From assembly GCA_963708025.1 (NCBI GenBank), contig CAVPSB010000015.1, positions 160,001 to 224,000 on the forward strand: 64,000 bases of DNA, read 5' to 3'. The notes below the pieces were generated by a model. It was not told the DNA's origin and searched no databases. It worked only from the letters and a program-made list of their open reading frames with translations. The position numbers and the translations under genes were made by a program. This document shows positions 44,356-54,220 of the stretch, piece by piece (the first letter of the stretch is position 1; every line of letters begins with the position of its first letter). Source of the stretch: an uncultured Candidatus Rokubacteria bacterium. Lineage in GTDB: Bacteria; Methylomirabilota; Methylomirabilia; Rokubacteriales; DASRDR01.

Positions 44356-46586
44356 TGGCGCCGGCCACGTCGAGGCGACCATCGACGGGAAGTCGGTCGA
44401 GCGTGCCGGCCGGCACCACGATCTTCGACGCCGCCCGCGCGGCTCGAGCATCGCCATCCCGACCCTCTGCCACCCGCAGCACGCAGACGCCGGTCGGCGT
44501 CTGCCGCGTCTGCGTGGTCGAGGTGAAGAACGCGCGCGTGCTGCCGGCGGCCTGCGTCCGGCCGGTCGAAGCCGGGCATGGAGGTCATGACCGCGCGCCG
44601 AGGCGTGCAGCGAGCGCGCCGGACGCTGGCTCGAGCTGCTGCTGGCCGACCACCCCGTCCCCTGCGCCCGGCAGGCGAAGACGCGGCGACTGCGAGCTGG
44701 AGAACCTGGCCGCGGGCTGCCGACCTGGCGCCGGCCGCGCTTCGCGAGGCCGCCCGTCGCCGCGTGGGCGCGACGACTCGCCCCCCATCATCGCCGTCGA
44801 CCACACCGCCTGCATCCTGTGCGACCGCTGCATCCGCGGCTGCACGCGAGGTGCAGGCACAACTTCGTCATCGGCCGCGCCGGCAAGGGCTACGCGGCGG
44901 GGATCGCCTTCGACACCGACGTCCCCATGGGGAAGTCGACCTGCGTGTCGCTGCGGCGAGTGCATGGTCTCGTGCCCGACCGGCGCGCTCACCCTCAAGA
45001 CCGAGGCGGCGTCGTCGCCGGCCTCGACCCGGCGGCCAGCTGGTCGGCGAGACGCTGACGTCGGCCGACGATCCGGGACGTGCCGATCTTGCGAGGGGTG
45101 TCGGGCAACGTTCCTGGACCTGAACCGCGGCGCCGGTGGTCGGCGGCACGTTCCAGCCGGGCGAGGTCATCTGCCGGGAGGGCGAGTTCGGCTCCACCGC
45201 GTTCTACGTCCTGAGGGGCAAGGTCGAGGTCTCCATCCCGACCCCGATGGCCCACTGCGACGAGCCACGCCGGGGCTCCACGGGCGGCTGGCGGGGCTGC
45301 GCTCCACAAGATGACCCGAGCTCCGGTGCACAGCGGGACGGAGCCCAGGCGGAGTCGGCGACGCCCACCGGCTATCATCCCGATCGACGCCTCCGTCGAC
45401 CTCGCCTACGACAAGCCGGTCGCCCAGCTCGGGCCCGGCGAGCTGTTCGGCGAGATGACCTGCCTCATCTTCTATCCGCGCTCGGCCACCGTGCGGGCGG
45501 TCGAGGACGACCGTCGTCCTCGAGATGCTGCGCAACGTGCTGCAGATCCTGCAGCGGAACAAGACGTTCCGGCCGAGCTCGAGCGCGCGCTATCGCGAGC
45601 GCGCGCTCGACACGCACCTGCGCAGCGTCCCGATCCTGGCCGGCCTCACCGACGAGTTCATCGACCGACCTGCGCGACAGCGTCGAGCTGGTCCGCTACG
45701 AGCCCGGGCGAGGTGATCTGCCGGCAGGGCGACGCCGGCCGACAGCTTCTATCTGATCCGGATCGGCTTCGTGAAGGTGACGCCAGACGTTCCCCGGCGG
45801 CGAGCTGGTCGCTGCCGTACCTGGCCCGCGGCAACTACTTCGGCGAGATCGGTCTGCTGGGCGGCGGCGTCCGGACCGCCACCTGCACCGCGCTCGACCA
45901 CGTCGAGGTGGTCCGCATCAGCGGCCGACGACTTCCGACGCATGCTCGAGCGCTTCCCCGACGATCCGCCGCGCGCCTCGGCGGACGTGGCCCGAGCGCC
46001 GCACGCGAGGAGAACGCAGCGGCAGGCCTCACGGCTCGTCGACGTCGCCGCTCGAGGACTTCCTCGGCCAGGGGCTGATGGAGGCGCAGAACCTGCTGCT
46101 CATCGACCTCGACCGCTGCACGCGCTGCGACGCCTGCGTGCGGGCCTGCGCCGACGCGCACGACGGCGTCACGCGGCTGGTCCGCGACGGGCTGCGCTAC
46201 GACAAGTACCTGGTGGCGACCTCGTGCCGCTCGTGCCGCGACCCGCTGTGCATGGTCGGCTGCCCGGTCGGCTCGATCCGGCGCACGGACTCGCTCGAGA
46301 TCATCATCGAGGACTGGTGCATCGGCTGCGGCTGTGCGCCGAGCACTGCCCGTACGGCAACATCAACCTGCACCCGTTCAAGGTCACCGCCGACGCCCGA
46401 GCGCCGGCGGCAAGAAGGCGGTGGTCCGCGAAAGGCGACCGCGCTGCGACCTGTGCCGCGAACTGAACAGAGCCGAGCTGCGTGTACGCGTGCCCGCACG
46501 ACGCCGCCATGCGGGTCGAGCCCCGCGAGTTCTTCGCGACCGGGACGTCCCAGGTCCGGGGCGCCCCGCCGTCCATCCGGTCATGA
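44355..46586 (+). CDS. NuoG/HydA-like N-terminal FeS domain + two cNMP-binding domains + C-terminal 4Fe-4S polyferredoxin; frameshifted
   Basis: IPTLCH, GVCRVCVVE, CILCDRCIRGC, CGECMVSCP; LFGEMTCLIFYPRSATVRA and YFGEIGLLGGGVRTATC; CTRCDACVRAC, CRSCRDPLCMVGCP, CIGCG, CDLC..CVYACP; TGATG/ATGA couplings. Confidence 0.82.
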
Positions 46587-47506
46587 TCATCGATCGCGGT
46601 CACCTCCGGTGGGTGGCGATCTGCCTCGGCATCCTCCTCGCTTCCACCGCGGTCTACATCCCGTACCACGTCCGCTCGCTCAACGGGCCGTCGGGCGGCA
46701 GCCTGATCGGGCTCCTCTTCGGCTTCATCGGCTACGGGCTCATGCTCTTCGCCGGCGCGCTCGGCGTGCGGACCCGGCGCGCGACCTGGCGCTTCGGTCG
46801 CGCGGAGACCTGGCTCAAGGGCCACGTCTGGCTGGCCCTGCTGGCCTATCCGCTGATCTACTTCCACGCCGGCTTCGCGTTCGGCGGGCCGCTGACCGTG
46901 GCGCTCATGATCCTGTTCACCATCGTGACCGTCAGCGGCCTCGTCGGCGTGGTGCTCCAGGGGATCCTCCCCCGCATGATGACCGAGCGGGTCCCGCTGG
47001 AGACGATCTTCGAGCAGGTGGACAACGTGCTGGCCCAGATCCGGGGGGAGGCCGACCACGTGGTCAAGGCGGTCGCCGATCCGGAGCAGGCGTCGGCGGA
47101 CGAGGCGGCGGCCACGGTCGGCCGCCGGCCGCCCCCGTCGGCTCGGCGGGCGCAGGTGCGGGCGCAGATCGGAACCACGTCGGCCCCGGCCGAGGAGGCC
47201 CAGGCCCTCAAGGAGTTCTACGAGAACGAGGTGCGCCCGTACCTGTACGACAAGGCGGGACGGACCGCGTCGCTCAACAGTCCGTCGAAGGCGGCGGTGG
47301 TCTTCGCCCAGCTCCGGACGCGGGTGCCGGACGAGCTGCACCACGTCGTGGACGACCTCCAGGCCATCTGCGAAGAGCGCCGCCAGCTCAAGGTGCAGAC
47401 CGGACTCCACTACTGGCTGCACGCGTGGCTCCTGGTCCACGTGCCGCTGTCGCTGGCGCTGCTGCTACTGTCCGCCGCGCACGCCGTCCTGGCGTTGCGC
47501 TACTAG
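46583..47506 (+). CDS. integral membrane protein with paired His residues (ferric-reductase/cytochrome b-like)
   Basis: TM helices with WLKGHVWL..YFHAG and WLLVHVPLS..AAHAV. Confidence 0.75.
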   Translation: MIIDRGHLRWVAICLGILLASTAVYIPYHVRSLNGPSGGSLIGLLFGFIGYGLMLFAGALGVRTRRATWRFGRAETWLKGHVWLALLAYPLIYFHAGFAFGGPLTVALMILFTIVTVSGLVGVVLQGILPRMMTERVPLETIFEQVDNVLAQIRGEADHVVKAVADPEQASADEAAATVGRRPPPSARRAQVRAQIGTTSAPAEEAQALKEFYENEVRPYLYDKAGRTASLNSPSKAAVVFAQLRTRVPDELHHVVDDLQAICEERRQLKVQTGLHYWLHAWLLVHVPLSLALLLLSAAHAVLALRY

Positions 47507-47515
47507 AGGCACTTC

Positions 47516-49073
47516 GTGGCGCGGGAGCGAACGACCAAGGGGCTGGCCAAGCGGATCGAGCTGACCTACTACCAGCACCTGCATCCCTTCCGGCGCCTGT
47601 GGCGGATTCTCTGCATCGCCCTGGTGTCGGTCGCCGCGGTGTGGCTCATCGTGATGGCGGTCATGGGGGATCAGCGGATCTACACGAGCGGTCCGGTGGC
47701 GACGGCTCACCGGATGTTCAACCTCGACTGCGAACGCTGTCACGTTCGACCGGCCGACGCCGGCGGCCCCGGTGGCCAAGGCCGACGGCGCGGCGCCGGC
47801 GGCGCCCGTCATCCCGGTCTCGACGACGCGGCACCCTGGCGGCTTCTTCCGCCGGGTCAGCGACGGCGCCTGCTTCAGCTGTCACGATGCCCCCGACCAC
47901 CACGCCAACGCGGCAGTGTCGCTGCGGTGCGCCGAGTGCCACCTCGAGCACAAGGTGGAGACCACGCTGGCCCGGATGTCGGACCGGCACTGCGTCCTCT
48001 GCCACGCCGACCTGAAGACCAAGAGCGGGACCACCGAGTACGAGCGCCAGGTCGTCAGCCTCGCCCGGCATCCGGAGTTCGCGGTCTTGCGGAAGAACGT
48101 CAAGGACGCGACCCAGATCAAGCTGAACCACGAGACCCACCAGAAGCCCGACTTGCCGGCCGGCGGCGGGAAGCGCGTGACGCTCGGCTGCGTGAGCTGC
48201 CACGTGCAGGACGACGCCGGGAAGTACATGAAGCCGATCTCCTTCGACCTGCACTGCAAGCAATGCCACCCGCTGGAGGCCAGCGCCGACGTCGTCGTGC
48301 CCCACCAGCGGCCCGAGATCATCCGGGGCTTCCTGCTCAGCCGCTCCGCCCGAGGCGGCGGGGCCGCGGCCAGCCCGGCGGCGGCGCCCGGCGCCGAGAA
48401 GCCGGCCGACAAGCCGGCCGAAGAGGAGGCCCCGAAGGGCCGCCGGCGGGGAACCGGCTCATCCGCGTTGCCGGAGGCGCTCGTGCGGCTCGTGGGCTGG
48501 GTCCAGGAGGCGGTCGGGACCACCGAGCGCCCGCCGATCCAGCTCGTCCAGCGGCAGCGCGGCGGGGGCGCGCCGGAGGCGCCGGCGGCGCCCTCCGGAG
48601 CGGCCCCGGCCGGAGCGGCGCCTGCCGCAGCGGCCCCGGCCGCGGGTGGCGGGGGTGGCGGGCTGGCGGGGGTTGTCCAGCTGGAGAAAGGCTTGTACGA
48701 GGGCAGGTCGGCGGTCTGTCCCTACTGCCACATGATCGAGAAGGCCGATCCGCTGCCCCGCATCGTGCCGCCGAAGATCCCCGTGCGCTGGTTGCCGCGG
48801 AGCTCGTTCGACCATCGAGCGCACCGGCCGCTGGCCTGCCTGGCCTGCCACCCGGACGCCAAGAAGAGCACGGACACGGCCGACGTGTTGTTGTCGAAGG
48901 TGGCAGTCTGTCAGGAGTGCCACCGGGAAGGCGGCGGGGCCCGGGCGGGCTGCGTGGAGTGCCACCTCTATCATGACCGGTCCAAAGAGCGGTCGCCGGA
49001 CGGCCCGCACACGGTGCCTCAGTTCGCCGTCACGGCCGGACGTCCGACCGCCGCGCCAGCGACGAAACCCTGA
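47516..49073 (+). CDS. membrane-anchored decaheme cytochrome c3-family protein (frameshift near 47770)
   Basis: N-terminal TM; CERCH, CFSCH, CAECH, CVLCH, CVSCH, CKQCH, CPYCH, CLACH, CQECH, CVECH; c3-like FDHRAH and LNHETH. Confidence 0.9.
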
Positions 49074-49181
49074 CGCGACGCCAGCCGGCGGGCGCGTCGC
49101 TCCGGTCTGTGGACAGCCGTTCCGCGATCGTGGTAGGGTGCGGGCGGTAACGTAAACGACGGGCTTCTCTGAGGGAGGGGA

Positions 49182-50660
49182 ATGGGCACGCGAGACGTCT
49201 CCCGAATCGGTACGGGTGTCCTGATCGCCGTCGCGCTCCTCGGGTCCGCCTCCCGGGTCGGGGCCGTCCCGCTGACCGCCGACGAAGTCCAGCTCATCGT
49301 CAGCACGGCGGCCGCCTCGATCGACGCCACCACGGCGGTCATCGCGGTGACCGACCGCTCGGGCAACCCGCTCGCCGTGTTCCGGAAGATCAACGGGAAC
49401 GCAGGGGCCGCTGACACCGCGGTGGGTCTGGCCCGGAGCGCCGCGTTCTTCGCCAACGACCAGGCCCCGCTCTCCTCGCGGACCGTGCGCTTCATCACCG
49501 AGATCCACTTCCCGCCGGGGGTCGCCGGCACGCCCAACGGCGGGCAGTACGGCATCGAGAACACGAACCGGGGCTGCACGCTGAGCAACAACTTCAACCC
49601 CGGCAAGGCGGTCCCACCGTCCCGGTCGCTCAGCGGAGGCACCGGTCCGGGCATCATCACCGGCAAGCCCGACGTGTTCGACTCGAATCCCAACGCGGTG
49701 AACCCGGGTGGTGTCCCGGTCTACAAGGACAACCAGGTCGCGGGCGGAGTCGGCGTGACCGGCGTCTCCGCCGCGGAGGCCGAGTTCGCGGCCTTCAGCG
49801 GCGGCTTCGGGAACGGAAACCCCCGGTTCTCGCCGACCTTTGGCTCGCCGGGTGTCGTCTTCATCGACGGCGTCGCCCTGCCGTTCGTGAACCAGCGGAC
49901 CCGACCGGCCGGCAGTTCCCCTGGCAGCTTCGTCGGTGACTTCCTCCTGGGGCCGCAAGGGAGCCCGAACGCCGGCGTGCCGGACGGCTATCTGGTCGGT
50001 CCCGCCGGGAGCGCCGAGCTGAGCGCGGCGGAGGTCGACGGCATCGTGCGGCGGGCCGAGGCCCAGGCCAACAGCACCCGCGCCGCGATCCGGCTGCCTC
50101 TCGGCAGGACGACCCGGATGGTGATCTCCGTCTCGGACCTCCAGGGCAACCTGCTCGCGATCTTCCGGATGCCCGACGCGACGGTTTTCAGCATCGACGT
50201 CTCCGCGACCAAGGCCCGGAACATGGTCTACTTCCCGAGCACCCGGCTCGACCCGGCCGACCTACCCGGTGTCCCGCCCGGGACCGCCCTGACCGCCCGG
50301 ACCATCAACTTCGGCACTCAGCCCCTGTACCCGCCCGGCATCGATGCCGGCGGCCCCGGCCCCTTCTTCAACCTGTTCGTCCGGGACACGGCCCGTCCCT
50401 GCACGCAGGGCAACGACCAGCAGAACCGGGGGAACCAGAGCGGGATCGTCTTCTTCGCCGGCTCGGCCCCCCTGTACCGGAGCGGGGTGCTGATCGGCGG
50501 GCTCGGGGTGAGCGGCGACGGCGTCGAGCAAGACGAGGTCGTGACCGACGCTGGGTCACGTGGATTCGAGCCGCCCGACAACATCCGGGCCGACAACATC
50601 TTCATCCGCGGGGTCCGGCTCCCGTACTTCCGGTTCAACCGGAACCCGACCGCGCGCTGA
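49182..50660 (+). CDS. secreted protein with two GlcG/HbpS-like heme-binding domains
   Basis: Signal peptide; AVTDRSGNPL...PGGVPVYK...GGVGVTG and SVSDLQGNLL...GSAPLYR..IGGLGVSGDGVEQD. Confidence 0.85.
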   Translation: MGTRDVSRIGTGVLIAVALLGSASRVGAVPLTADEVQLIVSTAAASIDATTAVIAVTDRSGNPLAVFRKINGNAGAADTAVGLARSAAFFANDQAPLSSRTVRFITEIHFPPGVAGTPNGGQYGIENTNRGCTLSNNFNPGKAVPPSRSLSGGTGPGIITGKPDVFDSNPNAVNPGGVPVYKDNQVAGGVGVTGVSAAEAEFAAFSGGFGNGNPRFSPTFGSPGVVFIDGVALPFVNQRTRPAGSSPGSFVGDFLLGPQGSPNAGVPDGYLVGPAGSAELSAAEVDGIVRRAEAQANSTRAAIRLPLGRTTRMVISVSDLQGNLLAIFRMPDATVFSIDVSATKARNMVYFPSTRLDPADLPGVPPGTALTARTINFGTQPLYPPGIDAGGPGPFFNLFVRDTARPCTQGNDQQNRGNQSGIVFFAGSAPLYRSGVLIGGLGVSGDGVEQDEVVTDAGSRGFEPPDNIRADNIFIRGVRLPYFRFNRNPTAR

Positions 50661-50830
50661 GCTCCGCCGGAGGGGGGCACTTGCCCCCCTCCGGGGGCTC
50701 GGCTGATCAGGAACTCGCCAGGCGACCGTCGCCAACCCGGCTCAGATCCGACCAGGCGCGAGTGGCGACCTTCGTGTGGTCCGATCATCAAGTATCTATG
50801 AAATCAGCTGTTCACCGCGTTTGTCGTTGC

Positions 50831-50846
50831 TGGCACGGCCCATGCT
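50831..50846 (+). promoter_or_regulatory. sigma54 (-24/-12) promoter candidate
   Basis: TGGCACG-GCCC-ATGCT versus consensus TGGCACG-N4-TTGCW; AT-rich IHF-like tract at about 50785-50805. Confidence 0.55.
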
Positions 50847-50861
50847 CGAGAGCTGGCCAGC

Positions 50862-51182
50862 ATGGCCACCCCTCCCGAATGTCTGGTCATCGTGCGACGC
50901 GGAGAGACCGCGGTCTTCGAGCGCCTGAAGGCTCAGTTCGCCGGGATGCCGAACGTCCAGGTGGTTTGGGACCGGCGGGTTCGTGACCGGCGCGTGATCA
51001 TCCAGGACGTGGAGAACGAGCGCCGCGGGGGCGAGCGCCGAGCCCCGCTCGACGCGACCATGTGGACCACCCGGGGCTATTTCCTGGCCCGTCCGCACCC
51101 GACCTTGCCCGGCCCGGCCGCGGCGCCGGCCCTCCGCAAGGCCAACGGGCAGCGGGCACGCAAGCGCGGGCCCGCCGACTAG
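50862..51182 (+). CDS. small hypothetical protein with DRR..DRR..ERR..ERR motif
   Basis: LVIVRRGE...VQVVWDRRVRDRR...ERRGGERR. Confidence 0.7.
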   Translation: MATPPECLVIVRRGETAVFERLKAQFAGMPNVQVVWDRRVRDRRVIIQDVENERRGGERRAPLDATMWTTRGYFLARPHPTLPGPAAAPALRKANGQRARKRGPAD

Positions 51183-51389
51183 CCTCCCGGGTCCACCGCC
51201 GTCCGCGACTCTCCCCGATTCGCCGAGCCGGGCCGTTCTCCTCGCCGCCCCTCTGGACGTACTCGCTGAGGTATCGTCGTCTCCTCGCCCGGGGACACGC
51301 GATGGTGGACAATGTCCAGGCCGGGTGGCGCGAGGCGGTGGTTGTATGCTGGAGGGGGAACCCCCCATTCAGGAGGCCCTCGAGCGACA

Positions 51390-53897
51390 TTGCCAGCGAA
51401 GCGACCCAAGTCGGCACCGCGGCGGCGCCCCCCGACCGGGGAACGCCTGGCGGAGTACACGGCCAAGCGGGACTTCGCGGTCACGCCGGAGCCGGCGCCC
51501 GGCCGCGCCGCGCCGTCCGCCGGAGCGCCCACCTTCATGGTGCACAAGCACCATGCGACGCGGCTCCACTACGACCTCCGGCTGGAGATGGACGCGGCTC
51601 TGGCCTCCTGGGCGATTCCGAAGGGGCCGAGCTACGACCCGGCCGTCAAGCGGCTCGCCGTCCAGACCGAAGACCACCCGCTCGAGTACGGCGGGTTCGA
51701 GGGGCGGATCCCCGACGGCGAGTACGGCGCCGGCGACTCCCTGATCTGGGACCGGGGGACGTACGACACGGTGCCTCCGGGCGAGGCGTCCCGGCAGCGG
51801 GCCAAGGGGCACCTCCACCTCGAGCTGCGTGGCGCCAAGCTCCGCGGCCGCTGGCACCTGCTGCGGACGGGGCGTGCGAGGGAGGGCCGGGACGGCAAGC
51901 CGCAGTGGCTCTTCTTCAAGGCCAAGGACGATGCCGCCGACGCGGCCTTCGACGTGGTGGCCGAGCGCCCGGAGTCGGTGGTGACCGGGCGGGTGGCCGC
52001 CCGTGGCCCCGTGCGGAAGGCCGAGCTGCGGGCGCCGCGACCCGGGCCGGAGCGGCTCCTGGAGCGCGTCTTCCCCCCGATGCTGGCCACCCTCGTCGGC
52101 CACGCGCCCCCCGACGAGGCCGACTGGGTGTACGAGCTGAAGTACGACGGCTTCCGCGCCCTCTGCGCGCTCTCGGGACGAAAGGTCGCCATCTGGTCCC
52201 GCAACCGCCTGGACCTGGCCCGTCGCTTCGGGACGATCGCCGGTGCGCTCTCGCGCCTGGTCGTGGCCGACGCCGTGCTGGACGGTGAGATCGTCGCCCT
52301 CGACGCCCATGGGGCGCCGCGCTTCCAGCTCCTCCAGAAGGGTCACGACGCCGAGGCGGTGCTGGTGGCCTTCGACCTCCTCTGGCTCGACGGCCGGGAC
52401 CTGCGGGAGCGCCCACTGGAGGAGCGGCGCGACCTGCTCGAGAGCCTCCTGGCCAACGCGCCGCCCGGCGTCCGCCTCGCCGAGCGCCTTCCGGGTCCCG
52501 CCGAGCGGGCCCTGGCGGCAGCCGCCGCCCGGGGCTACGAGGGACTCATCGCCAAGCGGCGAGGCTCCAGCTACCAGGGCGTCCGCTCCCGCGACTGGCT
52601 GAAGCTCAAGGCGGGGAACCGGCAGGAGGTCGCCGTCGTCGGCTTCACCCGCTCGAAGAGCCAGCGCGACGAGATCGGCGCCCTCCTCGTCGCCGTCGCC
52701 GAGGGCGGCCACCTGGCTTACGCAGGCAAGGTGGGGACGGGCTTCTCGTCCCGCCAGCGAGCCGAGCTGAAGCGCGAGCTGTCCCGTGAGGCCGTGGCCA
52801 CTCCGCCCGTCCGCGACGCTCCCCGGATGCGGGACGCCACCTGGGTCGAGCCGCGCCTCGTGGCGGAGGTCGAGTTCACCGAGTGGACGTCGGACGGCAA
52901 GCTCCGTCACCCGGCCTTCGTCGGTCTCCGTCCCGACAAGTCACCGATGGAGTGCGTGCGGGAGACGCCGGCGGAGCCCCCCGCGTCGCCGCCGGCCGAC
53001 GATCGCCGGCCTCCGCGGCCGAGGCCGGCGGGAGCGGTCCGGGTCGCGCTGACCCACCCGGAGCGGCTCCTGTATCCCCGGGACGGCATCACCAAGCAGG
53101 AGCTGGCCGACTACTACGAGGCGGTGGCGGAGCCGCTCCTCCGCGCCGTGGCCGATCGGCCGCTGGCGCTCGAGCACTGGAACGACGGGATCGACGCGAC
53201 CTCCTGGTTCCAGCAAGACATCGGGAAGGACGCGGCCCCGTGGATGCGCCTGGCCGAGACCCCGACCCGGACCGGCGGCCGGCGGGTCCGCCACCTGATC
53301 GCCGACCGCCCCGAGACGCTCCGCTGGCTCGCCCAGCACTCGGTGCTGACCATCCACATGTGGTCGTCGCGGGTCCCGAGCCTCGAGTCGCCCGACTGGG
53401 TGGTCTTCGATCTGGATCCCGCCGAGGGGCGCGGCGTCGAGCAGGCCGTGGAGCCCGCCCTCGTGCTCCGCGGGATGTTCGAGCGGCTGTCGATGCCCAG
53501 CGTGCCGAAGACGTCCGGTCAGGACGGGCTTCACATCTTCGTCCCGCTGGCACCCGGCCACACCCACCAGCAGGCGGTGGAGTTCGCGGCGTACGTGTGC
53601 GGGGCCGTCGCCCGCGAGCTTCCGGGCGTGACCGTGGAGCGCAGTCCCGCCAAGCGACGGGGCCGACTGTATCTCGACGCCTACCAGAACGGCTACGGGA
53701 AGACCGTGGTGGCGCCCTACTCCCCGCGCGCCCGGGACGGCGCGCCGGTGTCGGCGCCGCTGACCTGGAGCGAGGTCACCCGGGCGCTCGACCCGTCGCG
53801 CTTCACCCTCCGGACGATGCCGAAGCGGATCGAGAAGGTCGGCGACCTCTTCGAGCCGGCCCACCGGCAAGGAGTCCGCCTCCCGCCGATCGGCTGA
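51390..53897 (+). CDS. ligD: NHEJ DNA ligase D (phosphoesterase-ligase-polymerase)
   Basis: EYTAKRDF..TPEP, HKHHATRLHYDLRLE, EDHPLEY; ELKYDGFR, EGLIAKR, LRHP; FDLDP, KTSG..GLHI. Confidence 0.95.
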   Translation: MPAKRPKSAPRRRPPTGERLAEYTAKRDFAVTPEPAPGRAAPSAGAPTFMVHKHHATRLHYDLRLEMDAALASWAIPKGPSYDPAVKRLAVQTEDHPLEYGGFEGRIPDGEYGAGDSLIWDRGTYDTVPPGEASRQRAKGHLHLELRGAKLRGRWHLLRTGRAREGRDGKPQWLFFKAKDDAADAAFDVVAERPESVVTGRVAARGPVRKAELRAPRPGPERLLERVFPPMLATLVGHAPPDEADWVYELKYDGFRALCALSGRKVAIWSRNRLDLARRFGTIAGALSRLVVADAVLDGEIVALDAHGAPRFQLLQKGHDAEAVLVAFDLLWLDGRDLRERPLEERRDLLESLLANAPPGVRLAERLPGPAERALAAAAARGYEGLIAKRRGSSYQGVRSRDWLKLKAGNRQEVAVVGFTRSKSQRDEIGALLVAVAEGGHLAYAGKVGTGFSSRQRAELKRELSREAVATPPVRDAPRMRDATWVEPRLVAEVEFTEWTSDGKLRHPAFVGLRPDKSPMECVRETPAEPPASPPADDRRPPRPRPAGAVRVALTHPERLLYPRDGITKQELADYYEAVAEPLLRAVADRPLALEHWNDGIDATSWFQQDIGKDAAPWMRLAETPTRTGGRRVRHLIADRPETLRWLAQHSVLTIHMWSSRVPSLESPDWVVFDLDPAEGRGVEQAVEPALVLRGMFERLSMPSVPKTSGQDGLHIFVPLAPGHTHQQAVEFAAYVCGAVARELPGVTVERSPAKRRGRLYLDAYQNGYGKTVVAPYSPRARDGAPVSAPLTWSEVTRALDPSRFTLRTMPKRIEKVGDLFEPAHRQGVRLPPIG

Positions 53898-54220
53898 CCC
53901 GGCCCCGTGCGATCCACATCAGGTAAGGGGATTCATCCCGATCCTCGCGCGACGGGAAGCCCCGGGTGAGCCCGTGGTGCGGACGGCGTGAGCCCACCGT
54001 CGTGCCGGTGGCAAAAACGCGCGGCCGGGTGTCCGACGACGTCGTAGAATAGCTTCGCCAAGCAGTACCCGGACGCGCACCGCGCCCCGACGGTTCGACG
54101 CGGCTTCGAGCGCGGCCGGGCCTACGACCTCGGCGTGCGACGGGCGGCCCGACGGGGCGCGCCGGCATCGCCGACCGGGAGGGCCAGAGCGATGCCTCGT
54201 TCGGACTCGGCGGGTCGTCC

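Noticed and set aside
42606-46586. Complex I, [FeFe]-hydrogenase or formate dehydrogenase operon
   Set aside because: No other nuo genes, no H-cluster motifs and no Mo/W-bisPGD domain
51390-53897. LigD without Ku as a novel system
   Set aside because: The domain order is standard, and Ku is often encoded elsewhere
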